A DNA stretch of 64,000 bases from positions 1-64,000 of the IMG/VR virus record IMGVR_UViG_3300032257_000005; one strand, 5' to 3'. Positions 1 to 8,182 of this stretch are shown here, in pieces (the stretch's first letter is position 1; every line of letters begins with the position of its first letter). The position numbers and the translations under genes were made by a program. The notes below the pieces were generated by a model, which saw only the letters and a program-made list of their open reading frames with translations, did no database searches and was not told the origin of the DNA. Origin of the DNA: a virus (Duplodnaviria > Heunggongvirae > Uroviricota > Caudoviricetes).

Positions 1-126
1 GCGTTTGATTGTCCATATAGCAGTACGTTTGATTGCTCCATTAGGGACAGGCTTTTTCCACCATAAGTCTGATAGCTCACCACTATCTAATAATCTTCTA
101 CCTCTTGCGGAAAGTCGTGCTCTCAT
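1..126 (-). CDS. hypothetical protein; only the 5' part is in the window
   Basis: Open minus-strand frame runs from the ATG at 126..124 to the window edge. It is preceded by copy 1 of the conserved left-end leader motif. Confidence 0.3.
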   Translation of the reverse strand, partial: MRARLSARGRRLLDSGELSDLWWKKPVPNGAIKRTAIWTIKR

Positions 127-149
127 ACATCACCCTGTTAGTCTGTGTC
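124..149 (-). promoter_or_regulatory. conserved left-end leader/TIR motif, copy 1 (minus strand ...CAGACTAACAGGGTGATGT-ATG)
   Basis: Near-identical ~25 nt element directly abutting a minus-strand start codon. There are four copies at 124, 361, 513 and 888. Confidence 0.5.
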
Positions 150-362
150 TTTAATTCTGTTTCTCAATGCGTGGTATAAGCTTAAAGCTAGGCATAGCAA
201 TACAAACCACATAAGCCAGTGTGTATCCATCCAATTAGACTTTACTAGCCTTATATATTCATGTTTGCCATACATATCCTGAATCATTGAGACGCTGAAC
301 ATGGCAGACAAAAAGCCAAGTAAAAAACTATACCGCAATTGCTTTTTAGGCTTAATATTCAT
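138..362 (-). CDS. small hydrophobic membrane protein (74 aa)
   Basis: ORF with two hydrophobic segments. Its start codon is fused to leader motif copy 2. Confidence 0.4.
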   Translation of the reverse strand: MNIKPKKQLRYSFLLGFLSAMFSVSMIQDMYGKHEYIRLVKSNWMDTHWLMWFVLLCLALSLYHALRNRIKDTD

Positions 363-390
363 ATCATCACCCTGTTAGTCTGTTTACCTG
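361..390 (-). promoter_or_regulatory. conserved left-end leader/TIR motif, copy 2 (AAACAGACTAACAGGGTGATGAT-ATG)
   Basis: Sequence repeat, see copy 1. Confidence 0.5.
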
Positions 391-516
391 CATCTTGAAA
401 AACGGCTGTAGCATAATCTTCCTTACCGCCTTTAGCTTTTTCTTTTGGCGCAATATTTCTCGCTTAAGATATATTTCATCTAGCTCGTCCTGTGTTCTAT
501 CTCCGAAATAAGCCAT
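367..516 (-). CDS. small basic protein (~50 aa, MAYFGDRTQDELDEIYLKRE...). The start is reassigned to the ATG fused to leader copy 3.
   Basis: The ORF track gives 367..651, but motif copy 3 ends in an in-frame ATG at 516. The upstream in-frame 'RNDDM' is the translated motif itself. Confidence 0.3.
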   Translation of the reverse strand: MAYFGDRTQDELDEIYLKREILRQKKKLKAVRKIMLQPFFKMQVNRLTG

Positions 517-540
517 ATCATCATTCCTGTTAGTCTGTTT
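513..540 (-). promoter_or_regulatory. conserved left-end leader/TIR motif, copy 3 (AAACAGACTAACAGGAATGATGAT-ATG)
   Basis: Sequence repeat. Confidence 0.5.
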
Positions 541-890
541 GTTTGTGTCTATGATTTTTAATGCAGCCCTTAGTACCTTTCTCACACATTCTTGAACTAA
601 GTGTATTAACTTCACAAATGTCATTCCATAGGCCAAAATTATATTTTTCATCCAGTAAGTATGAATCTTGCATCAATCTACAATATAACCAGCTTGTTTT
701 GCTCACTAAATCACCAAGCCAAAAACTAAACCATGCAATAAGAAAATAATATCTATGTTTGGCTGTATTTTCATTTTGTTCAAGCCAATCAAAAAACGCA
801 TCAATTAAAAGAAATATAAACATTAGTAACGGCCATACAATAAATAGGCATATTAAAAAGCCAATTATTAAAGCAAATATAAACTCCTGC
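530..890 (-). CDS. membrane protein (~120 aa). The start is reassigned to the ATG at 890 behind leader copy 4.
   Basis: Multiple hydrophobic helices. The motif-fused ATG (MQEFIFALIIGFL...) lies inside the longer ORF 530..937. Confidence 0.4.
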
Positions 891-905
891 ATATCATCAT
901 TCCTG
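888..905 (-). promoter_or_regulatory. conserved left-end leader/TIR motif, copy 4 (short form CACAGGAATGATGAT-ATG)
   Basis: Sequence repeat. Confidence 0.45.
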
Positions 906-1634
906 TGTATCGGGTGCTGGTGTTTCTGGGAAATCAAGACCAGCTCTACACAGCTCGTCTAGTGCATTTTGAAATAGATCAACATAATTACTATCCATTT
1001 CTTTAGCCACAAGTTGTATTCCACGTTGAAGATTGCGCCTAACATTATGGAGATTTTCAACACTCACCCACTCAGAGCCTTGTCGCTGGTTATTCTGCTC
1101 TTTCCATAAATCATACATAGAATACATATCATCCAATCGATCTTTAATATCTCGTCGCAATGTTGTCAGCTCTTTATTTTTAGAGTCATTCATTGCTCGC
1201 AAAACATCCAAGTCTCTACGTAAGCAATATTCTATATTTAGCTCTTTATCATCACTCATATCATCCCACTTATCTGTGTTGTTGGTTTCATTATTAGGTA
1301 ATAGAAACTCCCTTGGTGTAATTTTTCCTGTTTCTAGGCTTAGCTTTATTGTGTTGGCTTTAGTAATCCCTAATAACTCGTCAGAGGATAGGCTTAATGC
1401 TTCACATATTAAAATTAAATTTCTTACGCTTAACCATGAGCTTGCATTTTCTATCATCACATATGAGGTTCTTTCTATATTCATATAATCAGCAAAACTA
1501 GCTTGAGATTCACCCATATTTTTTCTTATGGCTTTTAATTTATTAGCGATTTCTTTTTTAGGTTTATCTTTTTCAATATTAATCTTCTTCTTTAAATCAT
1601 TAATCTGCTTCTGTAAACCATCAATCTTATTCAT
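897..1634 (-). CDS. XRE-family helix-turn-helix transcriptional regulator with an N-terminal coiled coil
   Basis: Central segment ...IRKNMGESQASFADYMNIERTSYVMIENASSWLSVRNLILICEALSLSSDELLG has the classic Cro/C1-type HTH pattern. The N-terminal region is Lys/Glu-rich coiled coil. Confidence 0.5.
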   Translation of the reverse strand: MNKIDGLQKQINDLKKKINIEKDKPKKEIANKLKAIRKNMGESQASFADYMNIERTSYVMIENASSWLSVRNLILICEALSLSSDELLGITKANTIKLSLETGKITPREFLLPNNETNNTDKWDDMSDDKELNIEYCLRRDLDVLRAMNDSKNKELTTLRRDIKDRLDDMYSMYDLWKEQNNQRQGSEWVSVENLHNVRRNLQRGIQLVAKEMDSNYVDLFQNALDELCRAGLDFPETPAPDTQE

Positions 1635-2152
1635 CCTTCCACCTCATTATTACCACCAAAATGTTTAATAAATAACACTTCTATTTCTTCCCACTTTTGT
1701 TTTCTAGAAGCATCAGTATAAGCAGCAGCAGCAGCATTAGCAGCAGCATCATAAGCAGCATAAGCAGCATAAGCAGCATAAGCAGCAGCAGCAAGGGTTA
1801 TTTTATTTATATTACCTAACTTATACTCTCTAATAGCCGCTATGGCTTCGCGCGGAGCAGTGTTGTCATTATCTCTTTCATAGATATGCAAAACGCTTTC
1901 AGCAATATCAGCAAGAAATAAACAATAATCAAGGTAATCAAAACAGCGTAGACACCAGATAGCATCTTTAATGCCGTTAGACTTGAGTATAGTCATTAAG
2001 TCTATTGGCTCATCGTCTGGTTTGGTTTTACCCAGTGATTTTAATAGAGTCTCCCAGCCTGAAGTGCAAGGTAAATGGCTTTTAATATCATTCAGTGTTG
2101 TAATCATTATCATTCCCCTTGTGCATAGAAATAAACCCTCCAAGCTGGACAT
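1631..2152 (-). CDS. hypothetical protein with Ala/Tyr repeat (AAYAAYAAYAAYDAAANAAAAAY). The true start is probably internal, around 2107-2113.
   Basis: ORF. It contains a GCAGCAKMA microsatellite-like repeat at 1721-1800. Its 5' end overlaps ORF 2088..2294. Confidence 0.35.
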   Translation of the reverse strand: MSSLEGLFLCTRGMIMITTLNDIKSHLPCTSGWETLLKSLGKTKPDDEPIDLMTILKSNGIKDAIWCLRCFDYLDYCLFLADIAESVLHIYERDNDNTAPREAIAAIREYKLGNINKITLAAAAYAAYAAYAAYDAAANAAAAAYTDASRKQKWEEIEVLFIKHFGGNNEVEG

Positions 2153-2294
2153 ACTCTGATCGAGTAACCTCCACCCCGTCTACATAAAATTCATCAGGGG
2201 CAATAATACTTTTAGTATGCACATATTTATGGAAACTTTTCCAGAAAGCGACTGATGTTTCCTCCTGCCTGTCTATACTGTCTTTGTTAGTCAT
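2088..2294 (-). CDS. hypothetical protein
   Basis: ORF only. Confidence 0.3.
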   Translation of the reverse strand: MTNKDSIDRQEETSVAFWKSFHKYVHTKSIIAPDEFYVDGVEVTRSEYVQLGGFISMHKGNDNDYNTE

Positions 2295-2476
2295 ATTTTA
2301 CCCCTTGCTTGCTCAGATTTTTTAATTGCTTTTTTTATCTCTGATTCGCTGGGCACATACCCTGTGTTTAACCAATGCAAATAAATTTGATTTACAGGCT
2401 CAGGCGGTGAGCCAACACTATAAAGCCAAATACTCATATAATTTGTTAATAATCTACAACGGGCATGTTTCTTCAT
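2291..2476 (-). CDS. hypothetical protein
   Basis: ORF only; overlapping stop/start with its neighbour. Confidence 0.3.
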   Translation of the reverse strand: MKKHARCRLLTNYMSIWLYSVGSPPEPVNQIYLHWLNTGYVPSESEIKKAIKKSEQARGKI

Positions 2477-2502
2477 CCCTCACCCCTCCGCTTGCTGTTG
2501 TG

Positions 2503-2781
2503 CTATTCTTCATACAAATCATACTTTTTACAAATTTCATCTATTTCAGGTATTGCCCTGAAGATTGAAAACTCCCCTTCCCATTTTCCACTGAGTTTAA
2601 AATACTTTTCACCAGCTAATATTTTGAAACGTCTTAGCCTCATAGTTTCGATAACTGCCCAATCTTCAGGGCTGTATTCTTTTTTGTTTAATCCAAGAGA
2701 ATCAATAAGTATTCTAGACGCATCACAATGATATTCTTTACGCGCTTTAGGATACGTAACCGTTGTAAGCTCCCATGACAT
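2503..2781 (-). CDS. hypothetical protein
   Basis: ORF only. Confidence 0.35.
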   Translation of the reverse strand: MSWELTTVTYPKARKEYHCDASRILIDSLGLNKKEYSPEDWAVIETMRLRRFKILAGEKYFKLSGKWEGEFSIFRAIPEIDEICKKYDLYEE

Positions 2782-2783
2782 AA

Positions 2784-3137
2784 TTATTCCCCCGCCCCGT
2801 CTAGGGCTTGCTGAATCCTAACTAAGCATTTCATTAAATCATTATTCCTTTCTTCAAAATCTGCCGAACCTGCATAGCAAGACCAATCTTTTACTATTGC
2901 AGCAACTTTAACCATCTTCGCCTTTTCTGCCTCAAGCTCGGACTGTAACGCATCAGCTTGAAACGGCCATGTATTCATCATTGAATAGTGCATAACCTGC
3001 CTTTCTGCTGCCTCAAGCTCGGACTGAAAATGTTTAATAATTTGAATGACATTACTACACAGCTCACAGGCTAATTCATCATCCGACATATCCACAACAG
3101 CTTGCATATTATTTATCGCTACCTGTATATCACTCAT
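2784..3137 (-). CDS. hypothetical acidic coiled-coil protein
   Basis: ORF. It has an internal duplicated segment (..ALQSELEAEKAK.. / ..FQSELEAAERQ..; DNA repeat CTGCCTCAAGCTCGGACTG at ~2930 and ~3010). Confidence 0.35.
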   Translation of the reverse strand: MSDIQVAINNMQAVVDMSDDELACELCSNVIQIIKHFQSELEAAERQVMHYSMMNTWPFQADALQSELEAEKAKMVKVAAIVKDWSCYAGSADFEERNNDLMKCLVRIQQALDGAGE

Positions 3138-3640
3138 AACGGAACCCCATCTTTATCAAACCACTTATCCATTTCTTCCACCATATTATTGTAGTTTGTT
3201 CCTTTTACTTGGCTAAAAAGTATCTGCATTCTTGCGCCTCGTTGTGTGCAACATTTTTTAGCTGCCTCAAGCTCTGCCTTAGCTTCGGTTAGTTGTTGTC
3301 TTATACCCTCCACTTCTTCTAAAAAGTCTATATAATCCTCGCCGCTATATAATATCTGATCTTTCTCAAACTCAGCTATTGCTCCCTCAAGCTCACTGTT
3401 ACGTGCTTGTAGGTGTTCAACAGCTTTGAGGAAATTATCATATATGTTAGGTATCATTCTATGGTCACTCTTAAGCTGCTTTACTAAAGAGTCAATATCC
3501 TCCATAGATAGCTTATCAGTGCTCATGAATTTGGTAATATCAAATCTAAATTCCATATCAGTAAGCCTCGGCTTGTCCCTGCTGCCAACATTATCAAAGT
3601 CAGTCGCGTTTACGTGGTTTGGGTCTATGTGTTTAGTCAT
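3134..3640 (-). CDS. hypothetical protein
   Basis: ORF with stop/start overlap to the 2784..3137 gene. It shares the 'ELEAAKK' theme. Confidence 0.35.
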   Translation of the reverse strand: MTKHIDPNHVNATDFDNVGSRDKPRLTDMEFRFDITKFMSTDKLSMEDIDSLVKQLKSDHRMIPNIYDNFLKAVEHLQARNSELEGAIAEFEKDQILYSGEDYIDFLEEVEGIRQQLTEAKAELEAAKKCCTQRGARMQILFSQVKGTNYNNMVEEMDKWFDKDGVPL

Positions 3641-3650
3641 TGTCTGCTCC

Positions 3651-3866
3651 TTATTGGTTGGCTAGTCCGCATTTAATTTTTGTAGTGTCGCCGGGAAATC
3701 TATGCAAGTATTTATACTTCATTTCCCAAACGTAACTATTTCTTAAATTGCACCACCAGACAGATTCGTTACGCTTCCTTAATTTACGAGCGCGTTGCTT
3801 GCAAATTATTCTAACTGTATTCATACAACCTCCCACAATCCCCGCAACGCTTGGGGGTGTTAACAC
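3651..3866 (-). CDS. hypothetical basic protein
   Basis: ORF only. Confidence 0.25.
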   Translation of the reverse strand: MLTPPSVAGIVGGCMNTVRIICKQRARKLRKRNESVWWCNLRNSYVWEMKYKYLHRFPGDTTKIKCGLANQ

Positions 3867-4072
3867 CTAAACAAAGTATCATTGCCACCATGCGTTTGAT
3901 TTAATACGCTTGGGCTAGTTGACGTTTCACTTTCCCTTAATGGGTCAATTTCATGTTTAAATACTAAACTCAAATGACGTTTTATTGCTCGAACTTGGTC
4001 AATGGTTAATTCGTCAGTATCGGATATTTCAAAATACCCCTGTAACCAAAAGCAAAAATCAATAGTGTTCAT
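3860..4072 (-). CDS. hypothetical protein
   Basis: ORF only. Confidence 0.3.
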   Translation of the reverse strand: MNTIDFCFWLQGYFEISDTDELTIDQVRAIKRHLSLVFKHEIDPLRESETSTSPSVLNQTHGGNDTLFRC

Positions 4073-4089
4073 TTCTCTTTCCTTCTCTG

Positions 4090-4638
4090 TTAAACCGGCT
4101 CAATCACATTCAAAGCCTGCTCAATATCAGATACACGATAGTTTTTACCACCGATATTAATCGTTGCTTTTTCATTCACATCAATGCCAGAAATCTCTTT
4201 GAATATCTCAGCGTCAAAATTCGGCAGTTTAAACAGTTTGGCTTTATCTTCTTCGCTGGCTCTTGCGTACGAAGCCTTAAACGCTTCCTGATATTCGTAA
4301 ACTTTTAAATACCCGCCTGTAGTCTCATGTGATGGATGATCGGCTTTTTCTTTGTCTGTCATATTAGCCGCATCAATCCATTGAGTTAAATCGAAGTAAA
4401 GAAAATCAGGCTTATCGGCATTGTCCCAGTCATCTATAGAACATGGTTTATTGAACACACTAAAACCATCATAATCATTGGTGCTAAAATGGCCTGTTGA
4501 GTAATTACTAATTGACCAGCATCCTGTTGACCTGTGTCCCGTTGACCTATTCCCCGTTGACCAGTGTCCCGTTGACCAGTGTCCCGTTGACCAGTGTCCC
4601 GTTGACCTATTTCCCGTTGACCAGTTTCCCGTATTCAT
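4090..4638 (-). CDS. hypothetical protein with N-terminal (S-T-G-H/N-W/R)n pentapeptide repeats
   Basis: The N-terminus, NTGNWSTGNRSTGHWSTGHWSTGHWSTGNRSTGHRSTGCWS, is encoded by tandem 15-bp repeats at ~4501-4635. Confidence 0.4.
   Translation of the reverse strand: MNTGNWSTGNRSTGHWSTGHWSTGHWSTGNRSTGHRSTGCWSISNYSTGHFSTNDYDGFSVFNKPCSIDDWDNADKPDFLYFDLTQWIDAANMTDKEKADHPSHETTGGYLKVYEYQEAFKASYARASEEDKAKLFKLPNFDAEIFKEISGIDVNEKATINIGGKNYRVSDIEQALNVIEPV
4501..4635 (-). repeat. in-frame tandem 15-bp repeat (GTCCCGTTGACCAGT-like), about 9 units
   Basis: Directly visible in the sequence. Confidence 0.8.
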
Positions 4639-4717
4639 AATTCATTTCCTCGCTGTTGTTGTATGACTACCTCATGCAGCACAAGAGAGCCATAATCTTT
4701 ACTCACCGCAGTCATAA

Positions 4718-4933
4718 TTAATTAAAATGTAATAACCTATACTCAGTTCTCTTTGATGAAACTTTATAAGCTGAAATGAATAAACAAATACCTATAAGAC
4801 CTAATATAAATTCACCAGTAACTAAACATAGCAAACCTAAAACAACGTATAAAAAAGGTATATGTTCATAAATTAAATAAGGTATTTTAATATTCATAAT
4901 ATTATCCTGAATAAATAGATGAACTTTCTGCAT
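4718..4933 (-). CDS. small membrane protein (2 TM)
   Basis: ORF with hydrophobic helices. Confidence 0.3.
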   Translation of the reverse strand: MQKVHLFIQDNIMNIKIPYLIYEHIPFLYVVLGLLCLVTGEFILGLIGICLFISAYKVSSKRTEYRLLHFN

Positions 4934-5126
4934 TGAAATCTATTTCTTCAATTTCTTCAGGTTCATCATCGTAATGTTCTGCCCAATAGACTAATATTTG
5001 TTTAGCTTCACCATGACCAATATCAAATTCATTTATTAACTTGGCTCTAATTTCAACAATATTAGTTTCACCCATTTCACGTAGATTATCTAAAAATTCA
5101 AGATATATTTTCTTTGGTTTCTTCAT
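4902..5126 (-). CDS. hypothetical acidic protein
   Basis: ORF only. Confidence 0.3.
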   Translation of the reverse strand: MKKPKKIYLEFLDNLREMGETNIVEIRAKLINEFDIGHGEAKQILVYWAEHYDDEPEEIEEIDFNAESSSIYSG

Positions 5127-5403
5127 TAGTTTTCTCCTTGGTATCCAGTGTTGAGTTTAGCACACGATAAATACTTTTTATTTCATTCTCTATTGCTAGA
5201 GCAGACATTTTAGCCATTAACGGATCTGAATCAATTGAGTTTTTAATAACATCTACAGCCGATTCAATACCTATTAAATTGTCAATTAAAAATCTAATAT
5301 GTGATTCATATAAACCACATAATGCAGGGTAAGGTGATTCATCACCACGCGCTAATACATAATCATTAGCTTTTTCTTGATACTTTTCAAAAAATTCATT
5401 CAT
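5098..5403 (-). CDS. hypothetical protein (the start is probably the ATG at 5403, just downstream of the exonuclease stop)
   Basis: ORF; tight junction with the 5408..6085 gene. Confidence 0.3.
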   Translation of the reverse strand: MNEFFEKYQEKANDYVLARGDESPYPALCGLYESHIRFLIDNLIGIESAVDVIKNSIDSDPLMAKMSALAIENEIKSIYRVLNSTLDTKEKTNEETKENIS

Positions 5404-5407
5404 TGTA

Positions 5408-6085
5408 TTAATCCATAAATTGTAAACGTTTAAATATTTTACGTGCTTTAATGCAATCATTATTACAATATTCTGCAACTTTTTCATACTCACCATCTTT
5501 AATAGCTTGCCATACCATTGAACCATCAAAACCATCTTTACCTTCAATACCTAACAACTTACATAGGTTATCCATGCTGATCATTTTAGTAGAATCCCAT
5601 TCATGCATCGTATCGAATACACGATCTGACCACGGCCTTGCATCATGATAAAGAGGTATGGTTGGATGAACATTATTAATAACAGACCGTTTCCAGATAT
5701 ACTTTAAATCAAATCCGCAAATATTATGGCCTATCATCATAGGTATACTCATCCCGATAGCTTTACTAGCAGATTTATAAAACGTTATTAATAAACCAGC
5801 TTCAGATTCATCTAAATGTCGCATAACGTTTACAGGTGGTTCATCATCAATAGCATAACTAATACAAATTATCTCGCCGTAATTAGCATCTAGTGAAGTC
5901 TTGATCCATTTAGTTTCAGCATTCTTATCTGCATTAGCTATCTCAGTTGCAAACCATTTATCAAGCGTTTCCTGTTTCTTAATATTGCCGGGTGGATTTA
6001 AATTATCAATTATTTCTTTTTTAAATGTTTCAACAATTCCTTCTTGCTGGCATGGAATTGATTCGATATCTATGGTGAAATTCAT
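5408..6085 (-). CDS. 3'-5' exonuclease, DnaQ-like / PolB-exonuclease-related
   Basis: N-terminal Exo I-like motif MNFTIDIESIP (D-x-E). Later motifs ...ICGFDLKYIW... and ...EYCNNDC... (Y-x(3)-D) fit the fold of stand-alone PolB-type exonucleases. Confidence 0.55.
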   Translation of the reverse strand: MNFTIDIESIPCQQEGIVETFKKEIIDNLNPPGNIKKQETLDKWFATEIANADKNAETKWIKTSLDANYGEIICISYAIDDEPPVNVMRHLDESEAGLLITFYKSASKAIGMSIPMMIGHNICGFDLKYIWKRSVINNVHPTIPLYHDARPWSDRVFDTMHEWDSTKMISMDNLCKLLGIEGKDGFDGSMVWQAIKDGEYEKVAEYCNNDCIKARKIFKRLQFMD

Positions 6086-6103
6086 TTCATAACTCCCCTT
6101 TAA

Positions 6104-6790
6104 TCAAAATGAAATATCGTCATCAAAGTTACTTGGCATTGCATTAGGTGCAGGTTGCTGTTGTGGTGCAGGATTTTCAGACATAACCGGCATTTCATCT
6201 GGCAAAGCTGCGGCTGGTGGTTGTTCTGTTTTACTTTCACCTATTAATTCTTTCCATTCATTACTTTCTTTTATTTGTTTCTGCATACCATCAGATAACG
6301 TTTCAAATGTTTTCATATCAAAATCATCAAAATCAATAAACACTAATGGATTTATAGCTTTGGGTTTTTCCATACCTTCTATACATGAAATAACTGATGC
6401 AGGTTTAGCTTTCATTTTACCTTTGCTATTAGGTGAATGAATTATAGTCATTAAGCCGGGAGCATTAAGCATTTTTGAAATATCAAAATCTTCAGCTTCT
6501 TCATCAGAAACAAAATCCTTACCTCGCCATGTTACAATTCGTGCGCGTAGATTACCTAATTCGCTCATAGTTAAAGTTGGAAATTCAGCAATAATAAAAG
6601 GGCGTTGTACGCCTTTATCATCTGCTTCCATTAAACAACTAGTAAGCTCATACATCAAGCAAATTTTATGCTGATTTTTACTGTACATTTCGTTGTAAGT
6701 TGTACCTAAATCAATGATACGAATTAATCTACAAAAATGACTTCCTTCTGGTGCTAGTTGGAAATCTCCACTGTTTACGTGTGCTTTCAT
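6104..6790 (-). CDS. single-stranded DNA-binding protein-like (acidic C-terminal tail ...NFDDDISF)
   Basis: The C-terminal D-D-D-I-S-F closely mimics the conserved SSB or T7 gp2.5 acidic, aromatic-terminated tail. A Pro/Gln-rich linker precedes it. The gene sits next to the exonuclease. Confidence 0.45.
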   Translation of the reverse strand: MKAHVNSGDFQLAPEGSHFCRLIRIIDLGTTYNEMYSKNQHKICLMYELTSCLMEADDKGVQRPFIIAEFPTLTMSELGNLRARIVTWRGKDFVSDEEAEDFDISKMLNAPGLMTIIHSPNSKGKMKAKPASVISCIEGMEKPKAINPLVFIDFDDFDMKTFETLSDGMQKQIKESNEWKELIGESKTEQPPAAALPDEMPVMSENPAPQQQPAPNAMPSNFDDDISF

Positions 6791-6791
6791 T

Positions 6792-7739
6792 TTATTTACC
6801 TTCTCGGTTGTTTGCCTTAATCGGCGTTAATAGTTGCCGGTTACGGTTCCGGCTTGCTGTATCAATAAGCAACGTATATTGCACTATGGCGGCTTCTTTA
6901 ATAGCCTTCATCTGCATTGCCATTTCAAAAAGTGCTTTGTTAAGTTTAATATTTTTATCAATATTTTTAACTTCGCGTGTAGTGCTATTTCGATAGCCTT
7001 TACCGTCAGTCCACTTGGACATTCTAATACCACCGCGTAAAGCCTTTTCCTGTACTACGTTAAATGTACTCCATAAATCCATTCCTGTATCAGAACTTCT
7101 TTTAGGTCGTAACATTTGGCTAGTCAAATTTTCTGATGAAGTAATTATTTTTTGATTCTGCTTTGGTTCTGGCAAAATATAACCTAGTGCTGTACGTGCA
7201 AATATTTCTTGTTCAGCTCGATTTAGTTCAATCGCTTGCATACCTTCAATCTGACTAGTAATTAGTGGCACTTCATCAATTACGTTGTAACTACCTTCAA
7301 TTACACGTTCAGTAGCAAAACGGTTATGACGTACACTTACTTTATTAAAAGTTGAATCAGCAATAACAATACCATTAGCACATGCCATTCTAAAAACACC
7401 TGCATGTAATACAAAGCCGCTTGATCGGTCATGGCTATTAGTAAGTAGTAATTCTACAACTGAATCACCTACTGTAATATCATCGTTTAATCTGCGAAAT
7501 CGTACTAAATGTTTTGTGAAATCTTGCTTTGATTTGTCGCGTACATTTTTTTGAGTTGCATCAACTGGATACCAGCCTTCAGCACGTAGACCATCAATAA
7601 CATTAATGGTTGGTATAAAACCGTATTTGTCGGATACATCACTATGCGGTTGTTCAGCAAATACGCTTGGTGCGGTCATTATAATTTGATCGTTTTCAAG
7701 TGCTACTGAATGTGATTTTGTTTCTTCTCTATAGTACAT
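6792..7739 (-). CDS. conserved phage protein of unknown function (possibly DUF932-like). The start is reassigned to the ATG at 7739.
   Basis: Long ORF. The track start at 7748 is a GTG inside the Shine-Dalgarno sequence AAGGTGA of the conserved 5'UTR cassette. The next ATG at 7739 has proper spacing. Confidence 0.35.
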   Translation of the reverse strand: MYYREETKSHSVALENDQIIMTAPSVFAEQPHSDVSDKYGFIPTINVIDGLRAEGWYPVDATQKNVRDKSKQDFTKHLVRFRRLNDDITVGDSVVELLLTNSHDRSSGFVLHAGVFRMACANGIVIADSTFNKVSVRHNRFATERVIEGSYNVIDEVPLITSQIEGMQAIELNRAEQEIFARTALGYILPEPKQNQKIITSSENLTSQMLRPKRSSDTGMDLWSTFNVVQEKALRGGIRMSKWTDGKGYRNSTTREVKNIDKNIKLNKALFEMAMQMKAIKEAAIVQYTLLIDTASRNRNRQLLTPIKANNREGK

Positions 7740-7795
7740 AATATTCACCTTTTTTCGGTTTGTTTATTTAACTTACACTTTGAATTATACATACA
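7740..7795 (-). promoter_or_regulatory. conserved promoter + 5'UTR cassette copy a (minus strand TGTATAATT...N~22...AACCGAAAAAAGGTGAATATT-ATG)
   Basis: -10-like TGTATAAT box, then the conserved leader AACCGAAAAAAGGTGA. Five related copies exist. Confidence 0.5.
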
Positions 7796-7841
7796 TTATT
7801 ATGAATTGCAAACTTTTTTTAAGTGTATGAAATTCAACAAC

Positions 7842-8069
7842 TTATACCTGTATTCTATCTATTAATGCATCCCACCAGCCGTTTTTACTTTTAAAACTCT
7901 TAAAAACACGTACATGATCAGGAAAAGCCATTGCTAACTTAGCCATATTACCGATATCCGCTACAGAAATAGCGTTCATCAAATGAGTTTTAAAGCTACT
8001 CGACATACCATTATTCCATTCGTATAGGTCACGTTCAGCTTCAGTTAAAACAGTTAAATTAATTCTCAT
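7842..8069 (-). CDS. hypothetical protein
   Basis: ORF only. Confidence 0.3.
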   Translation of the reverse strand: MRINLTVLTEAERDLYEWNNGMSSSFKTHLMNAISVADIGNMAKLAMAFPDHVRVFKSFKSKNGWWDALIDRIQV

Positions 8070-8182
8070 AAATCACCTATTGCAATATTAAACAAGTTAA
8101 TGCATCATGAAATCTGACCTTTCCCTTAAAGGTCTTTCATTTCTAAACTCCCCTTTAGCGGTCTTTATGGCCGCTTTTTTAA

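Noticed and set aside
4501-4635. Possible CRISPR array (15-bp direct repeats)
   Set aside because: The repeats are contiguous with no spacers, the unit is only 15 bp, and they lie in frame inside a coding sequence. This is a coding tandem repeat, not CRISPR.
8116-8180. Terminator-like hairpins between rtcB and the downstream minus-strand gene (GACCTTT..AAAGGTC; GCGGTCTTTATGGCCGC+T6)
   Set aside because: The T-run follows the hairpin only on the plus strand, whereas both flanking genes are on the minus strand. It might terminate antisense transcription, but that cannot be supported from sequence alone.
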